A stretch of 57,603 nt of DNA, taken from the IMG/VR virus record IMGVR_UViG_3300041809_000885, positions 1 to 57,603 of that record, one strand, 5' to 3'. Below the pieces are notes generated by a model that worked only from the letters and a program-made list of their open reading frames with translations, did no database searches and was not told the origin of the DNA. This document shows, piece by piece, positions 1 through 8,144 of the stretch. This stretch comes from a virus (taxonomy: Duplodnaviria > Caudoviricetes). Position 1 is the stretch's first letter; each line of letters starts with the position of its first letter. Position numbers and translations under genes: made by a program.

Positions 1-234
1 CGCGCCACGAAGGTCCGCGCCACGAAGGTCCGCGCCACCAAGGTACGCGCCACCAAGGTACGCGCCACGAAGGTCCGCGCCACGAAGGTCCGCGCCACCA
101 AGGTACGCGCCACGAAGGTTCGCGCCACCAAGGTTCGCGCCACGAAGGTCCGCGCCACCAAGGTACGCGCCACGAAGGTTCGCGCCACCAAGGTTCGCGC
201 CACGAAGGTTCGCGCCACCAAGGTTCGCGCCACC
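1..234. repeat. Tandem 15-bp repeat CGCGCCACSAAGGTH (15 full copies plus a partial), coding the pentapeptide repeat
   Basis: Read directly; each unit is 5 codons on the minus strand. Confidence 0.97.
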
Positions 235-327
235 GTTTACGGCCTCGGTTAACGCGTCTTTGAGGTTAGTTGCGCGATCGGATTTGAACAGGTCGGCGCC
301 GTTGCGGTGTTTCACGAAATAAGTCAT
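1..327 (-). CDS. Pentapeptide repeat protein, 3'-truncated by the window edge (not in the ORF track)
   Basis: ATG at 327 with upstream GAGGA; reads MTYFVKHRNGADLFKSDRATNLKDALTEAVNGG then A(N/D/Y)L(G/R)G repeats, open to position 1. Confidence 0.9.
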   Translation of the reverse strand, partial: MTYFVKHRNGADLFKSDRATNLKDALTEAVNGGANLGGANLRGANLGGANLRGAYLGGADLRGANLGGANLRGAYLGGADLRGADLRGAYLGGAYLGGADLRGADLRGA

Positions 328-356
328 TTGTGTTCCTCTAGGTTTGAGCCGGTTAT

Positions 357-385
357 ATGTTACAATGTATAGGCGAGGGGGTCAA
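357..385 (-). promoter_or_regulatory. Sigma70-like promoter TTGACC-N17-TAACAT
   Basis: Upstream of the pentapeptide gene; spacer carries the TATAC-N3-GTA motif shared with the promoters at 1665 and 2017. Confidence 0.6.
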
Positions 386-459
386 GCCTCAAAGGTTGGT
401 GATTAGCAGATACAGCGCGATCCACGACAGCGCGTTGATGGCGAGGGCTGTTAGCAGGA

Positions 460-1026
460 TCAGGTTTGGACGCATGGCACCATGTCCGGCCGGCTTTCCT
501 GAATCTCTTGCGCCATGATGTCGTCAAGGCGCGAGGAAATTTCATCGGCGAGTTCGCGCGCCACTTCGGCGAGATAATCATATTCGTTATCTTCGATCCC
601 CCAAAGGGATTCGGTTTCATCCGATTCGCAATGCGAGACGACAACGCCGCAATAATGCCATTCGCCATTGCACCATGCGCGCATATATTCAAAATCGTTG
701 TCGACGGCGCGCGCAACTATTTCCTTTTTCGTCGGCATGCGGCCCAACGATTGCGCCAGCTTCGCCAATTCGTCGTTGCCCAAACCCCAACCGTCTTTCT
801 TGGCAATCTTGGCGGTTTCGCAAACGTCGTAATAGCGCTTCGAACTCCGATCGGAAGCGAGGACGCGTTCGCCAGGCGCCTTGTCGCGCGTCGTCCAATC
901 GGACACAACGCCGTGCCCATCGCATTCTTCCCACGGCGCGCCGTGCGAATCGTCATGCTCGAAACGAACGCGGTACTTACGGCCCTTGTGCTCGAATATA
1001 TCGCCGTCCCAAAGATGCTTTGACAT
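460..1026 (-). CDS. Hypothetical phage early protein
   Basis: 188 aa, ATG with GAGGGA RBS, natural acidic composition. Confidence 0.8.
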   Translation of the reverse strand: MSKHLWDGDIFEHKGRKYRVRFEHDDSHGAPWEECDGHGVVSDWTTRDKAPGERVLASDRSSKRYYDVCETAKIAKKDGWGLGNDELAKLAQSLGRMPTKKEIVARAVDNDFEYMRAWCNGEWHYCGVVVSHCESDETESLWGIEDNEYDYLAEVARELADEISSRLDDIMAQEIQESRPDMVPCVQT

Positions 1027-1060
1027 GGTGATTCCCTCGTTTGTGTTGCTTCTACCGCCT

Positions 1061-1091
1061 CAAGCCCGGTATCCTTTCGGAGCCGGGCTTG
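1061..1091 (-). other. Intergenic GC-rich hairpin with GAAA loop (processing or stability element; no U-tract)
   Basis: CAAGCCCGG/CCGGGCTTG stem closing TCC-GAAA-GGA on the minus strand. Confidence 0.45.
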
Positions 1092-1111
1092 AAAGCGATT
1101 TTGGTTTTGAG

Positions 1112-1636
1112 TTATTCCACCTCCTCTTTTACTAGCGCCACATCATCCCCGAAGCATTCTTCGAGTGATTCGTAAATCGGTCGCGCGCCGTGCCGCGCGT
1201 CAAAATCGTCGTCTTGTTCCCAAGGGAATACCTCGAAGCATTGCCAGGCGGTATCGCAGCCAAAGCCCTCGATTTCATCTTCGAGCGCCGTGATCTCGTC
1301 TTGCATAGCTTCGAGCTCGCCTTCCGTTGCGCCGGCGGTTTCCGCCTCGTCATATTCGTTGCGGAGCTCGTCACAGCGCTTTTGCATTTCGTCGCGTTCG
1401 TCTTGCGTTTCGGGCGATTCCATGAGTGTCGCATAGATGGTGTATTCCGCCTCGCCGTCCACATCGAGATTTTCTTCGCACCACGCTTGGCCCTTGCCAT
1501 GCTTGAACGTGGTTAGCGCGGCGAGACGCGCCAAAGCATAGGGATGATCCGTCTTGACGATGTAGTCGGGAAAGAGGTGCGAAACGCCATCGTTTCCGTT
1601 GCCGGATGAAACTGCATAGTAGCGGGCTTGTGCCAT
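1112..1636 (-). CDS. Hypothetical acidic phage protein
   Basis: Start moved to ATG 1636 (MAQARYY...) after AAGGGGAA RBS and promoter. Confidence 0.8.
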   Translation of the reverse strand: MAQARYYAVSSGNGNDGVSHLFPDYIVKTDHPYALARLAALTTFKHGKGQAWCEENLDVDGEAEYTIYATLMESPETQDERDEMQKRCDELRNEYDEAETAGATEGELEAMQDEITALEDEIEGFGCDTAWQCFEVFPWEQDDDFDARHGARPIYESLEECFGDDVALVKEEVE

Positions 1637-1664
1637 TTGGTTCCCCTTCGGTTTCGATCCGCTA

Positions 1665-1692
1665 ACGATACACTGTATAAACAGGAATGCAA
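1665..1692 (-). promoter_or_regulatory. Leftward promoter TTGCAT-N16-TATCGT
   Basis: Shares CTGTTTATAC..TGTAT with the divergent promoter at 2017. Confidence 0.55.
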
Positions 1693-1717
1693 GGGGTTTA
1701 TTATCACAAAAACGTGA

Positions 1718-1997
1718 TGTGACCGTTCTTTTGCCTGATCCAGGCGGTTGGGCACACATCGGTCACGCAAAAAACCCTTGGTACCATTGACTTGTGACCA
1801 GTGTGACCAGTGTGACTATTATCTTATATATGGAGTATTATTATATAGTGCCGTACAGCTATAGGCACAGCGCTGCAGATAGGCACGCTGGGGCGTATAG
1901 GCCCTATGTACGCGATTTTGGGTTGGTCACGGTCACACATTGAAATCATTGGGGAATTTCCAAAAGATTGGTCACAAGTACGGTCACATCGGTCACA
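1718..1997. repeat. Iteron-like array TGTGACC/GGTCACA around an AT-rich core; candidate replication origin
   Basis: About 10 copies: 1718, 1793, 1802, 1811 in one orientation; 1761, 1925, 1931, 1970, 1982, 1991 in the other; non-coding. Confidence 0.65.
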
Positions 1998-2016
1998 AAT
2001 TAGTACGATTATACCG

Positions 2017-2045
2017 TTGACAAGGCTGTTTATACGTTGTATAGG
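2017..2045 (+). promoter_or_regulatory. Rightward promoter TTGACA-N17-TATAGG
   Basis: Near-consensus, upstream of AGGAGG RBS and ATG 2085. Confidence 0.75.
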
Positions 2046-2084
2046 TGTTTTTGTGAGATTTTAGGACGGTTTTAGGAGGATAAA

Positions 2085-2354
2085 ATGCGGTATCGTTGTG
2101 ACGAATCGACCAAACAAGCGGACGGCGCCGTTACCTGGTACGCTAAATGGATGGGCGGACCATCCCTTGCCAAGATTGAGAATTGCCGCTTGGCGAACCT
2201 TGAAGGCGATATGCGCCGCACTGTGACAATTACCGGCGAGCCCGATGCGTGGTTTAGTCAGCCGGCGGAATGCTCGATTGCTGGCGTCAAGGTTCGCGGC
2301 TATGTGATGGGAGACGACGAAGGTAATTTGGTGTTTCGCCAGGTCTATTACTGA
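2085..2354 (+). CDS. Hypothetical phage protein
   Basis: 89 aa, strong AGGAGG RBS. Confidence 0.8.
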   Translation: MRYRCDESTKQADGAVTWYAKWMGGPSLAKIENCRLANLEGDMRRTVTITGEPDAWFSQPAECSIAGVKVRGYVMGDDEGNLVFRQVYY

Positions 2355-2411
2355 TTCAGGTTTGGAACCGTCCGCAATGGTGCGGCGGGTTAGAAGAGAA
2401 GGGGAAATGAT

Positions 2412-2612
2412 ATGCAGTTCGAATCATACTGCGAAGCGCTGGCGCAAGTTCCAGAAGATGCTAAGTGGTCGAGTTCTTTCGGATATGCGGGCGAAGGCGG
2501 TTTCGTGGAATTCTGGCGAACTCCGGCGGGCTCGCGATACATAATAAAAAACGGTTCCTATCTAGAGTCGGCGCCGTTTACTTGGACCGTCTCGGAACTG
2601 ATAGCGGCTTAG
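2412..2612 (+). CDS. Hypothetical small protein
   Basis: 66 aa, GAAGGGG RBS. Confidence 0.6.
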   Translation: MQFESYCEALAQVPEDAKWSSSFGYAGEGGFVEFWRTPAGSRYIIKNGSYLESAPFTWTVSELIAA

Positions 2613-2896
2613 CGCTTCGCGTTATACGCCATGATGTTGCGGGTTCCGGCTTTTCGGCCGGGGCCCGTTTTCATTTGTTCGAGATCATGCGCGATCGCGA
2701 ATCGGTGGTTGGCTTGAGCTCTGACTTTTTGCGCCAATAGCGCCAGCGCCCAAGCGGGCGGGGGATGCCGGCCGGCTTTCCAGTTAAGGGCGCAGTGGCG
2801 GCTAACTTTGTGGTCGAGCAGTGCGGCGATGTCGGATCCGGTTGCGCCAGGCTTTAGCGTTTCGATGGCGCGCACGAACGGGGTAAGCACTGTCAA
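2609..2896 (-). CDS. Putative HTH (Cro/XRE-like) regulator
   Basis: GSDIAALLDHKVSRHCALNWKAGRHPPP resembles a Cro-type HTH; TTG start uncertain. Confidence 0.55.
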   Translation of the reverse strand: MTVLTPFVRAIETLKPGATGSDIAALLDHKVSRHCALNWKAGRHPPPAWALALLAQKVRAQANHRFAIAHDLEQMKTGPGRKAGTRNIMAYNAKR

Positions 2897-2912
2897 ATCG
2901 AAATCTCGCCGG

Positions 2913-3052
2913 TACTCTTGAGTCGCTTGCTATCATCTCGCACCGCCAGGCGCCGCGCGCCAGCCTCCAACCTCTAACCCGTTCAATCCAGGCCGTCAAA
3001 GCCAGCTCGACCTGCCAACCGCGCACCACGTCCCGTATCCCACTCAAGAGTA
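2913..3052. promoter_or_regulatory. Pair of 11-bp inverted sites TACTCTTGAGT (2913-2923) / ACTCAAGAGTA (3042-3052)
   Basis: Perfect inverted repeat; each copy quasi-palindromic (ACTCWWGAGT); upstream of the HTH gene. Confidence 0.4.
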
Positions 3053-3291
3053 AGATACAGACCGCACAACGATCAAACCTTATATGATATATAGATCAAT
3101 AGCTTAGGAGGTACAGCTAACCTAGACGCGTCCGGGGTGCCGAAATGGAACCGGATCATGGTGCGGTGCAGCGACGATTTATTATCACATTATCGTGATC
3201 GTTCGCGCTTAGGTGGATGCCCAAGTGAAAAGCAATCTTTGGGTACGCCCACCCGACCCCCCGCCGGTAAAAAATTTTAAAAAAGTGCATA

Positions 3292-3320
3292 TTGCAATGG
3301 TCCTAGACCCGTGCTACACA
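3292..3320 (+). promoter_or_regulatory. Promoter TTGCAA-N17-TACACA
   Basis: Follows an A/T tract; precedes the long rightward operon. Confidence 0.5.
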
Positions 3321-3378
3321 CCCCCGCCATTGACCGCTAACCAGTCACCCGCTCGTTTAAACCCGAAAGCCCGCAAAA

Positions 3379-4284
3379 ATGGCCCTTGAAAACAAACCCA
3401 CCAGCGCCGCCTACAAGCCCGACGTTTGCGTCTATCATGGCGCCTGCGACGACGGGTTCGCCGCGGCGTGGGCGGTTTGGAAGCGGTGGCCGGATTGCAA
3501 GTTCATCCCGGGCCTGTACGGCAAGGAGCCAGTGCCGGAGCAACTGAGCGACAAGCGCGTGCTGATGGTTGATTTCAGTTACAAGCGTGAAGTTCTCGAT
3601 GCGCTCGACTGTATTGTCAGGGACATGACGATCATCGATCATCACAAAACCGCGCAGGCCGACCTCGAGACGTTCGCCATCTTCAACCCGGTCAGCGCCG
3701 ACGACATCGACGAAGTACTGGCCGCTACGCAGCCGGGCCTCGGCCCCATTCGCGCGTGGTTCGACATGCAACAGTCCGGCGCGATGATGGCCTGGAAGTT
3801 CACGCATCCCGGCGCGTTGATCCCGCACTTTATCGAGCTGATCCAGGACCGCGACCTCTGGAAGTTCGAGTTCGGCGAGAACACCAAACAGTTTTCTGCG
3901 TCTCTGCGCACTTACCCGATGGAGTTCGAGGTTTGGGACCGCCTGATCCACAAGCCGCAATCGCTGATTAATGACGGCGAGGCGATCTTGCGGGCGCACA
4001 ACGCCAACATCGAGAAGTTCATCAAGGAGGTTTACGACGAGCGCATCGGCGATCATGTGGTGCCGGTCGTCAACGTGCCCTATCACTATGCCAGCGACAC
4101 CGCGCACGCGATGCTGCAGGCCTACCCGCACGCGCCGTTCGCCGCCTGTTGGTTTCATCGCGGTGACGGCATGATCCAGTACAGCTTGCGATCGGAGGAC
4201 AGCCGCGTTGACGTCAGCGAAGTGGCGAAGCAGTTCGGGGGCGGCGGTCACCGTAATGCGGCCGGATATCAGGTAAAGGCATGA
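3379..4284 (+). CDS. DHH/DHHA1 family phosphoesterase
   Basis: Motifs YHGACDDG, VDFS, IIDHHKT, DRDLW, SLRS, GGGGHRNAAG. Confidence 0.92.
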   Translation: MALENKPTSAAYKPDVCVYHGACDDGFAAAWAVWKRWPDCKFIPGLYGKEPVPEQLSDKRVLMVDFSYKREVLDALDCIVRDMTIIDHHKTAQADLETFAIFNPVSADDIDEVLAATQPGLGPIRAWFDMQQSGAMMAWKFTHPGALIPHFIELIQDRDLWKFEFGENTKQFSASLRTYPMEFEVWDRLIHKPQSLINDGEAILRAHNANIEKFIKEVYDERIGDHVVPVVNVPYHYASDTAHAMLQAYPHAPFAACWFHRGDGMIQYSLRSEDSRVDVSEVAKQFGGGGHRNAAGYQVKA

Positions 4285-4445
4285 TTCTGGCGATCTGCCT
4301 CATCTTCTATTTTCTCCCGCCGATCGCCAGCCTGTTCGTCGGCCAGCACTTCGAACTTTTCGGCCGCATCTGGTTATTCAATATCTGCTGGGTACTGTTC
4401 TGGCCGGTGCTAATCTGGTTCATTCCGTGGAGAAATTACCCGTGA
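4281..4445 (+). CDS. Small membrane protein, superinfection-immunity (T4 Imm-like) candidate (not in the ORF track)
   Basis: 54 aa MILAICLIFYFLPPIAS...IWLFNICWVLFWPVLIW; YFLP and IxxxN pattern; ATGA overlap. Confidence 0.5.
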   Translation: MILAICLIFYFLPPIASLFVGQHFELFGRIWLFNICWVLFWPVLIWFIPWRNYP

Positions 4446-4606
4446 CCGACCCCCGTCTCACCGACACCGCCCGCTCGTCCGCAGCCCATACTCGCAAGAT
4501 CATCCCCAACCGCAACACGATCGCGGTCAAGCCGTATAAGCATGTCGAGATGACGAAGTCGGAGATGTACGAGATGCTGCGCAAAGCGGTGGAGAATACC
4601 AAATGA
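4442..4606 (+). CDS. Hypothetical 54-aa protein
   Basis: GTGA and ATGA overlaps with both neighbours. Confidence 0.6.
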   Translation: MTDPRLTDTARSSAAHTRKIIPNRNTIAVKPYKHVEMTKSEMYEMLRKAVENTK

Positions 4607-4779
4607 TCTCGCTTCTGGTCTTCCTTGGAACGGCGACGCCGCACGCCTCCGTCCCTTGCTGGCTGGTGCATGCGTATATCGAGGTGCTGGGCGAGAAGGC
4701 GGCGCGCGCCAAGGGCCGTCAGCATGGTTACACCGACGCCGAGATCGACGCGGTGCGCGCGAGGTGCTTTTCCAAATGA
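4603..4779 (+). CDS. Hypothetical 58-aa protein
   Basis: ATGA overlaps on both sides. Confidence 0.55.
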   Translation: MISLLVFLGTATPHASVPCWLVHAYIEVLGEKAARAKGRQHGYTDAEIDAVRARCFSK

Positions 4780-4913
4780 CGCTCGCCGATGTCTACGAGA
4801 TGGGCCGGATGCACACCGTCAGCGGTGATGTCAACTGGTGGATACTGGGCCCGGCCTTGATTGCGATCGCGCTGATCATCCTGGAGCACACGTCGAGCGG
4901 GAGGAGCCTGTGA
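4776..4913 (+). CDS. Small membrane protein
   Basis: ATGA-coupled; hydrophobic WWILGPALIAIALIIL. Confidence 0.5.
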   Translation: MTLADVYEMGRMHTVSGDVNWWILGPALIAIALIILEHTSSGRSL

Positions 4914-5221
4914 CACCGTTGCAGCTCATCACCGCCGGCCAGAAACTCTATGGCCGCAAGAAGTGGAAGCACAAGCTGGCCGCAGCGCTGGGCGTCGACC
5001 AGTCGACCATCCACCGTCTCACCCATCGCGACATCGTGCCCGGTCCGTACATCGTCGCCATCGAGGGTTTGCTCGACCAGAAGCGCCGGCAGGACGAGCT
5101 CGACCGCGCCGCCCGCAAGCTGCTGCCGAGAAAATTCCGCACCCGCAAGACCATGCACCGCAAACCAATCCCGCAGAAGATCGGATCGCATCCGACGCAC
5201 AAACCTACGGAGCCCACATGA
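4910..5221 (+). CDS. HTH DNA-binding protein
   Basis: GGAGGAG RBS and GTG start; KHKLAAALGVDQSTIHRL. Confidence 0.75.
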   Translation: MTPLQLITAGQKLYGRKKWKHKLAAALGVDQSTIHRLTHRDIVPGPYIVAIEGLLDQKRRQDELDRAARKLLPRKFRTRKTMHRKPIPQKIGSHPTHKPTEPT

Positions 5222-5664
5222 ACATCCGCTTCGAGAAGATCGCTCGCGTAATCGAACGTGACATCCGCAACCAGGTCGTCATCGACCAGATGAAGACTCT
5301 CAACCGCAAAGGAAAGCTCATGGTGCTTGTCAGACGTCACCGGATACCCCTCTTGTTTGGAGCCGTCGCACTTGCCTGGACCTTCGCGTGGTGCTGGGCC
5401 ATCGTGGCCGCCAACGCCGCCGAGTGCCCCGACCCCGGGGTCAAATGCAAGGTGCTTTTTCTCAATGAGCAGGAGGAGCGCATGCTGATGGGCCAGAACG
5501 GCATCCTCGACACCGCGGCGCAGGCCCGCTCACTGGATCTCGGCCAGTTCGCCGTCTACCTGAAGACCCGGATTGGATCGGCACCGGCCGGCGAGGTGAA
5601 GCCGGTGGAGCAGCCGAAGCCAGCTGAAAATAAACCAGCAGCTCCGGTTGACAATCCCAAATAA
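5218..5664 (+). CDS. Membrane-anchored or exported hypothetical protein
   Basis: ATGA-coupled start; hydrophobic segment followed by a CPDPGVKC pair. Confidence 0.65.
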   Translation: MNIRFEKIARVIERDIRNQVVIDQMKTLNRKGKLMVLVRRHRIPLLFGAVALAWTFAWCWAIVAANAAECPDPGVKCKVLFLNEQEERMLMGQNGILDTAAQARSLDLGQFAVYLKTRIGSAPAGEVKPVEQPKPAENKPAAPVDNPK

Positions 5665-5683
5665 GTAGTCAACACTGACTACC
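5648..5683 (+). promoter_or_regulatory. TTGACA promoter overlapped by palindrome AGTAGTCA-ACAC-TGACTACC (5664-5683)
   Basis: Palindrome is 18/20 identical to the reverse complement of 11643-11662. Confidence 0.6.
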
Positions 5684-5715
5684 GCCCGCCAAGCAATCCA
5701 GCCCGGCAGGCGGGT

Positions 5716-5765
5716 ACGGGGCTCCACGCGCGACCCTCCCCCCTCACGCAGGGAGCCCCGTTTTT
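5716..5765 (+). terminator. Rho-independent terminator-like hairpin with C-rich loop
   Basis: ACGGGGCTCC/GGAGCCCCGT 10-bp stem followed by a T-run. Confidence 0.6.
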
Positions 5766-5780
5766 ACTTCGAGGAGACAT

Positions 5781-5951
5781 ATGCCCAAACGCCGACCAAA
5801 GAAGCGAGTTGTTTCTCGATCTTTTAGAATTCCTCCTGACCTCGATAAGATGTTGGATGCGGAATCTAAAAAACGGGAATGGTCGAAGAGTTTCTTAATT
5901 CGCGATATATTGGTTTCGTGGTGTCAATATCAAAGAGCGGGGTCGCGATGA
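5781..5951 (+). CDS. Ribbon-helix-helix (CopG/Arc-like) regulator (not in the ORF track)
   Basis: GAGGAG RBS; 56 aa, VSRSFRIPPDLDKMLDAESKKREWSKSFLIRDIL. Confidence 0.8.
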   Translation: MPKRRPKKRVVSRSFRIPPDLDKMLDAESKKREWSKSFLIRDILVSWCQYQRAGSR

Positions 5952-6646
5952 CCCATACTTTGGTTTTACCAAAGCGTTTCGGAATTTCTGTAGAGGAGAG
6001 ATTTTTTGACTTCTTTATCCCAGAACCAAATTCAGGATGTTGGCTGTGGGTAGGTAGCGTATCTGATAGCGGGTATGGAAAATTTTCAATCGGAAATCAC
6101 GTTCAGGTTCAGGCACATCGGTTTTCGTGGGAGCTGCATAACGGGGATATTCCGGAAGGGTTGTTTGCTTGCCACAAGTGCGATGTCCGCTGCTGTGTAA
6201 ATCCAGAACATTTATTTATCGGGACTCAGTCCGATAACCTAAACGATATGGTGCAGAAGCGACGGGATAATCCAGCGCGCGGTGAGCGCAATGCTCGATC
6301 TCGTTTTACCGAAGAGAAAATACAAGCGATTCGTTCGGATACCAGAAGGCTTCGTATAATAGCCGCAGCCTACGACATTAGCATCAGTTGGGTTACCGAA
6401 ATAAAAGCGGGGCGAGGTTGGAGACATTCCTACGAGTATAACCCCGAAGAAAAGCTACGGTTTAAAAGGAGCTGTTCTTTTAGATCGCGCGGCGAAGATC
6501 ATCTGAGTTCAAAACTAACTGTTGAGCAAGTCATCAGCATCCGCAATGACGCCAGAGGATGTAATAAACTAGCTGCCGAGTACGGCGTTAGTCGGAATTC
6601 GATTAAGCGAATCAGAAATAGGACTGCTTGGAAACACGTCGAATGA
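5948..6646 (+). CDS. HNH homing endonuclease with duplicated C-terminal DNA-binding module
   Basis: PEPNSGCWLW, AHRFSW, CHKCDVRCCVNPEHL..GTQSDN; AT-rich; ATGA-coupled start. Confidence 0.9.
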   Translation: MTHTLVLPKRFGISVEERFFDFFIPEPNSGCWLWVGSVSDSGYGKFSIGNHVQVQAHRFSWELHNGDIPEGLFACHKCDVRCCVNPEHLFIGTQSDNLNDMVQKRRDNPARGERNARSRFTEEKIQAIRSDTRRLRIIAAAYDISISWVTEIKAGRGWRHSYEYNPEEKLRFKRSCSFRSRGEDHLSSKLTVEQVISIRNDARGCNKLAAEYGVSRNSIKRIRNRTAWKHVE

Positions 6647-6852
6647 CCGACGTTCACGCTCCCGATCTCTGGCCGCAACGCCGTCCCGCGATGTACACGC
6701 CGGAACGCGATGCTTTCCTGCGGGACAACCGCGACGTGCCGGTGGCGATACTGTCCTACAAGATGAATCTGAGCGAGACGTTCATCAAGCGCTACCAGCG
6801 CAAGCTTGGAATTCGCAAATTGACCGGCAACAAGCCGAGAAAGTCCAGATGA
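6643..6852 (+). CDS. Small basic protein, possible HTH
   Basis: ATGA overlaps on both sides. Confidence 0.6.
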   Translation: MTDVHAPDLWPQRRPAMYTPERDAFLRDNRDVPVAILSYKMNLSETFIKRYQRKLGIRKLTGNKPRKSR

Positions 6853-7841
6853 AGGTCGCGGCAATTACAACCACGATACATATTCCGGCGGTTCTGAAAC
6901 TGCTTCGTCAGTGTTCGGCTGACGTCGGGATGTTCGTGGCAATCGAGCAAGTACCTGACAAGAAGTTATTGGATTGTTGCCATGAGGCCGGCGCGACGGT
7001 TGTGTTAGGCGAGAACTGGAAGTGTTCCGAGGCGATTGGCTGGCACACCTTGAGTCGCAGGAATATCGCTTTCCTTGAAGCCTTGAAGCAAGGAGCGGAA
7101 ATAATATACTCGTTCGATACCGACAACATTCCGATGTCGCTGACGCACTTCGATTCGATTGAGAAAATTCTGACCGAGCGCTTCGACGGAATTCTCGCTT
7201 CCAGCAAGACCGGGTGGTTCGATGCCGGCCAGATGTTGAACCCTTGGGCCCGACACCGCGGCATTCCCTACAGCAACATCCCGGCGCACCACTACGATAT
7301 AGCGACCAACTTCCGCGCCGGTATCGCGGCAGGCCTCGTGATCGGCAATCCGGATATTGACGCCACGCTGCGGATGGAGAAGGCGCCGGAGATTCATACT
7401 ATCTCGAAGCTTGGCGAGATGGGGGTGCTGGTCGACGTCAACACCCACACCGTTTTCAATACGCAAAACGTAGCTATGTTGCGCGAACTGGTGCCTGCGT
7501 GGTTTCTCATGCCGCATGTCGGCAGGTACGACGATCTGTACGCCAGCTTAATCGTGCAGCGTGTGGCGCGCGAGCGCGGCCTGCATGTCCATTTCGGCCA
7601 GCCGCTGGTGTGGCAACAGCGTCATCAGCACGACCTGATCGTTGACCTCAAGGCCGAGATTGACGGCATGTCCCATATCAAGGACATAGCCGAGCTACTG
7701 GATCACATCCCGCTGCCCGGCAAGAGTGTCCTCGAGGATACGCGGATCATCTACACGACGCTGGAACACTGCGCGTGGCTGCCGGACGAGGCGATCTACG
7801 CGGCGCATAAATGGCTGGATGACGTAGAGGAGGTGATATGA
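6849..7841 (+). CDS. STELLO/GT75 (RGP)-like glycosyltransferase or nucleotide-sugar mutase
   Basis: ITTTI, RRNIAFLEA..GAEIIYSFDTDN (DxD), FNTQN, RYDDLYAS motifs. Confidence 0.7.
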   Translation: MKVAAITTTIHIPAVLKLLRQCSADVGMFVAIEQVPDKKLLDCCHEAGATVVLGENWKCSEAIGWHTLSRRNIAFLEALKQGAEIIYSFDTDNIPMSLTHFDSIEKILTERFDGILASSKTGWFDAGQMLNPWARHRGIPYSNIPAHHYDIATNFRAGIAAGLVIGNPDIDATLRMEKAPEIHTISKLGEMGVLVDVNTHTVFNTQNVAMLRELVPAWFLMPHVGRYDDLYASLIVQRVARERGLHVHFGQPLVWQQRHQHDLIVDLKAEIDGMSHIKDIAELLDHIPLPGKSVLEDTRIIYTTLEHCAWLPDEAIYAAHKWLDDVEEVI

Positions 7842-7949
7842 AAGTGATTATCAACAAGCAGGAAGGATACTCACCGTACCTTTATATTCATGCTTATCCG
7901 GTTAACGCACACAAACGCTGAGACCTACTAGATATTGATGGGACAATCG

Positions 7950-8129
7950 ATGACGGAATTAGAGGCGCTGACCAATGAAATCGACGCGCACGTTTCTCGC
8001 AATTCCGATCTGGAACTTTCAACACTCCACTTGAGCGCACGAACCGCACAAGCGTGGTGGCGGCTTCTCAAGGCTCTGCGGCCGGACAAATGTCGCGTAA
8101 ATGCGACGGATCAGTCTGAAACAGGCTAA
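7950..8129 (+). CDS. Cassette 1 passenger, hypothetical
   Basis: Short ORF just inside the left end; alternative start at 7938. Confidence 0.5.
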   Translation: MTELEALTNEIDAHVSRNSDLELSTLHLSARTAQAWWRLLKALRPDKCRVNATDQSETG

Positions 8130-8144
8130 ATATAGGAGAGACAA

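Noticed and set aside
1-234. CRISPR array
   Set aside because: 15-bp units abut with no spacers and translate as a pentapeptide repeat; the Cas4-like gene is an ordinary phage exonuclease with no cas operon
5879-5947. HNH start at 5879
   Set aside because: It overlaps the RHH gene; ATG 5948 is coupled to the RHH stop
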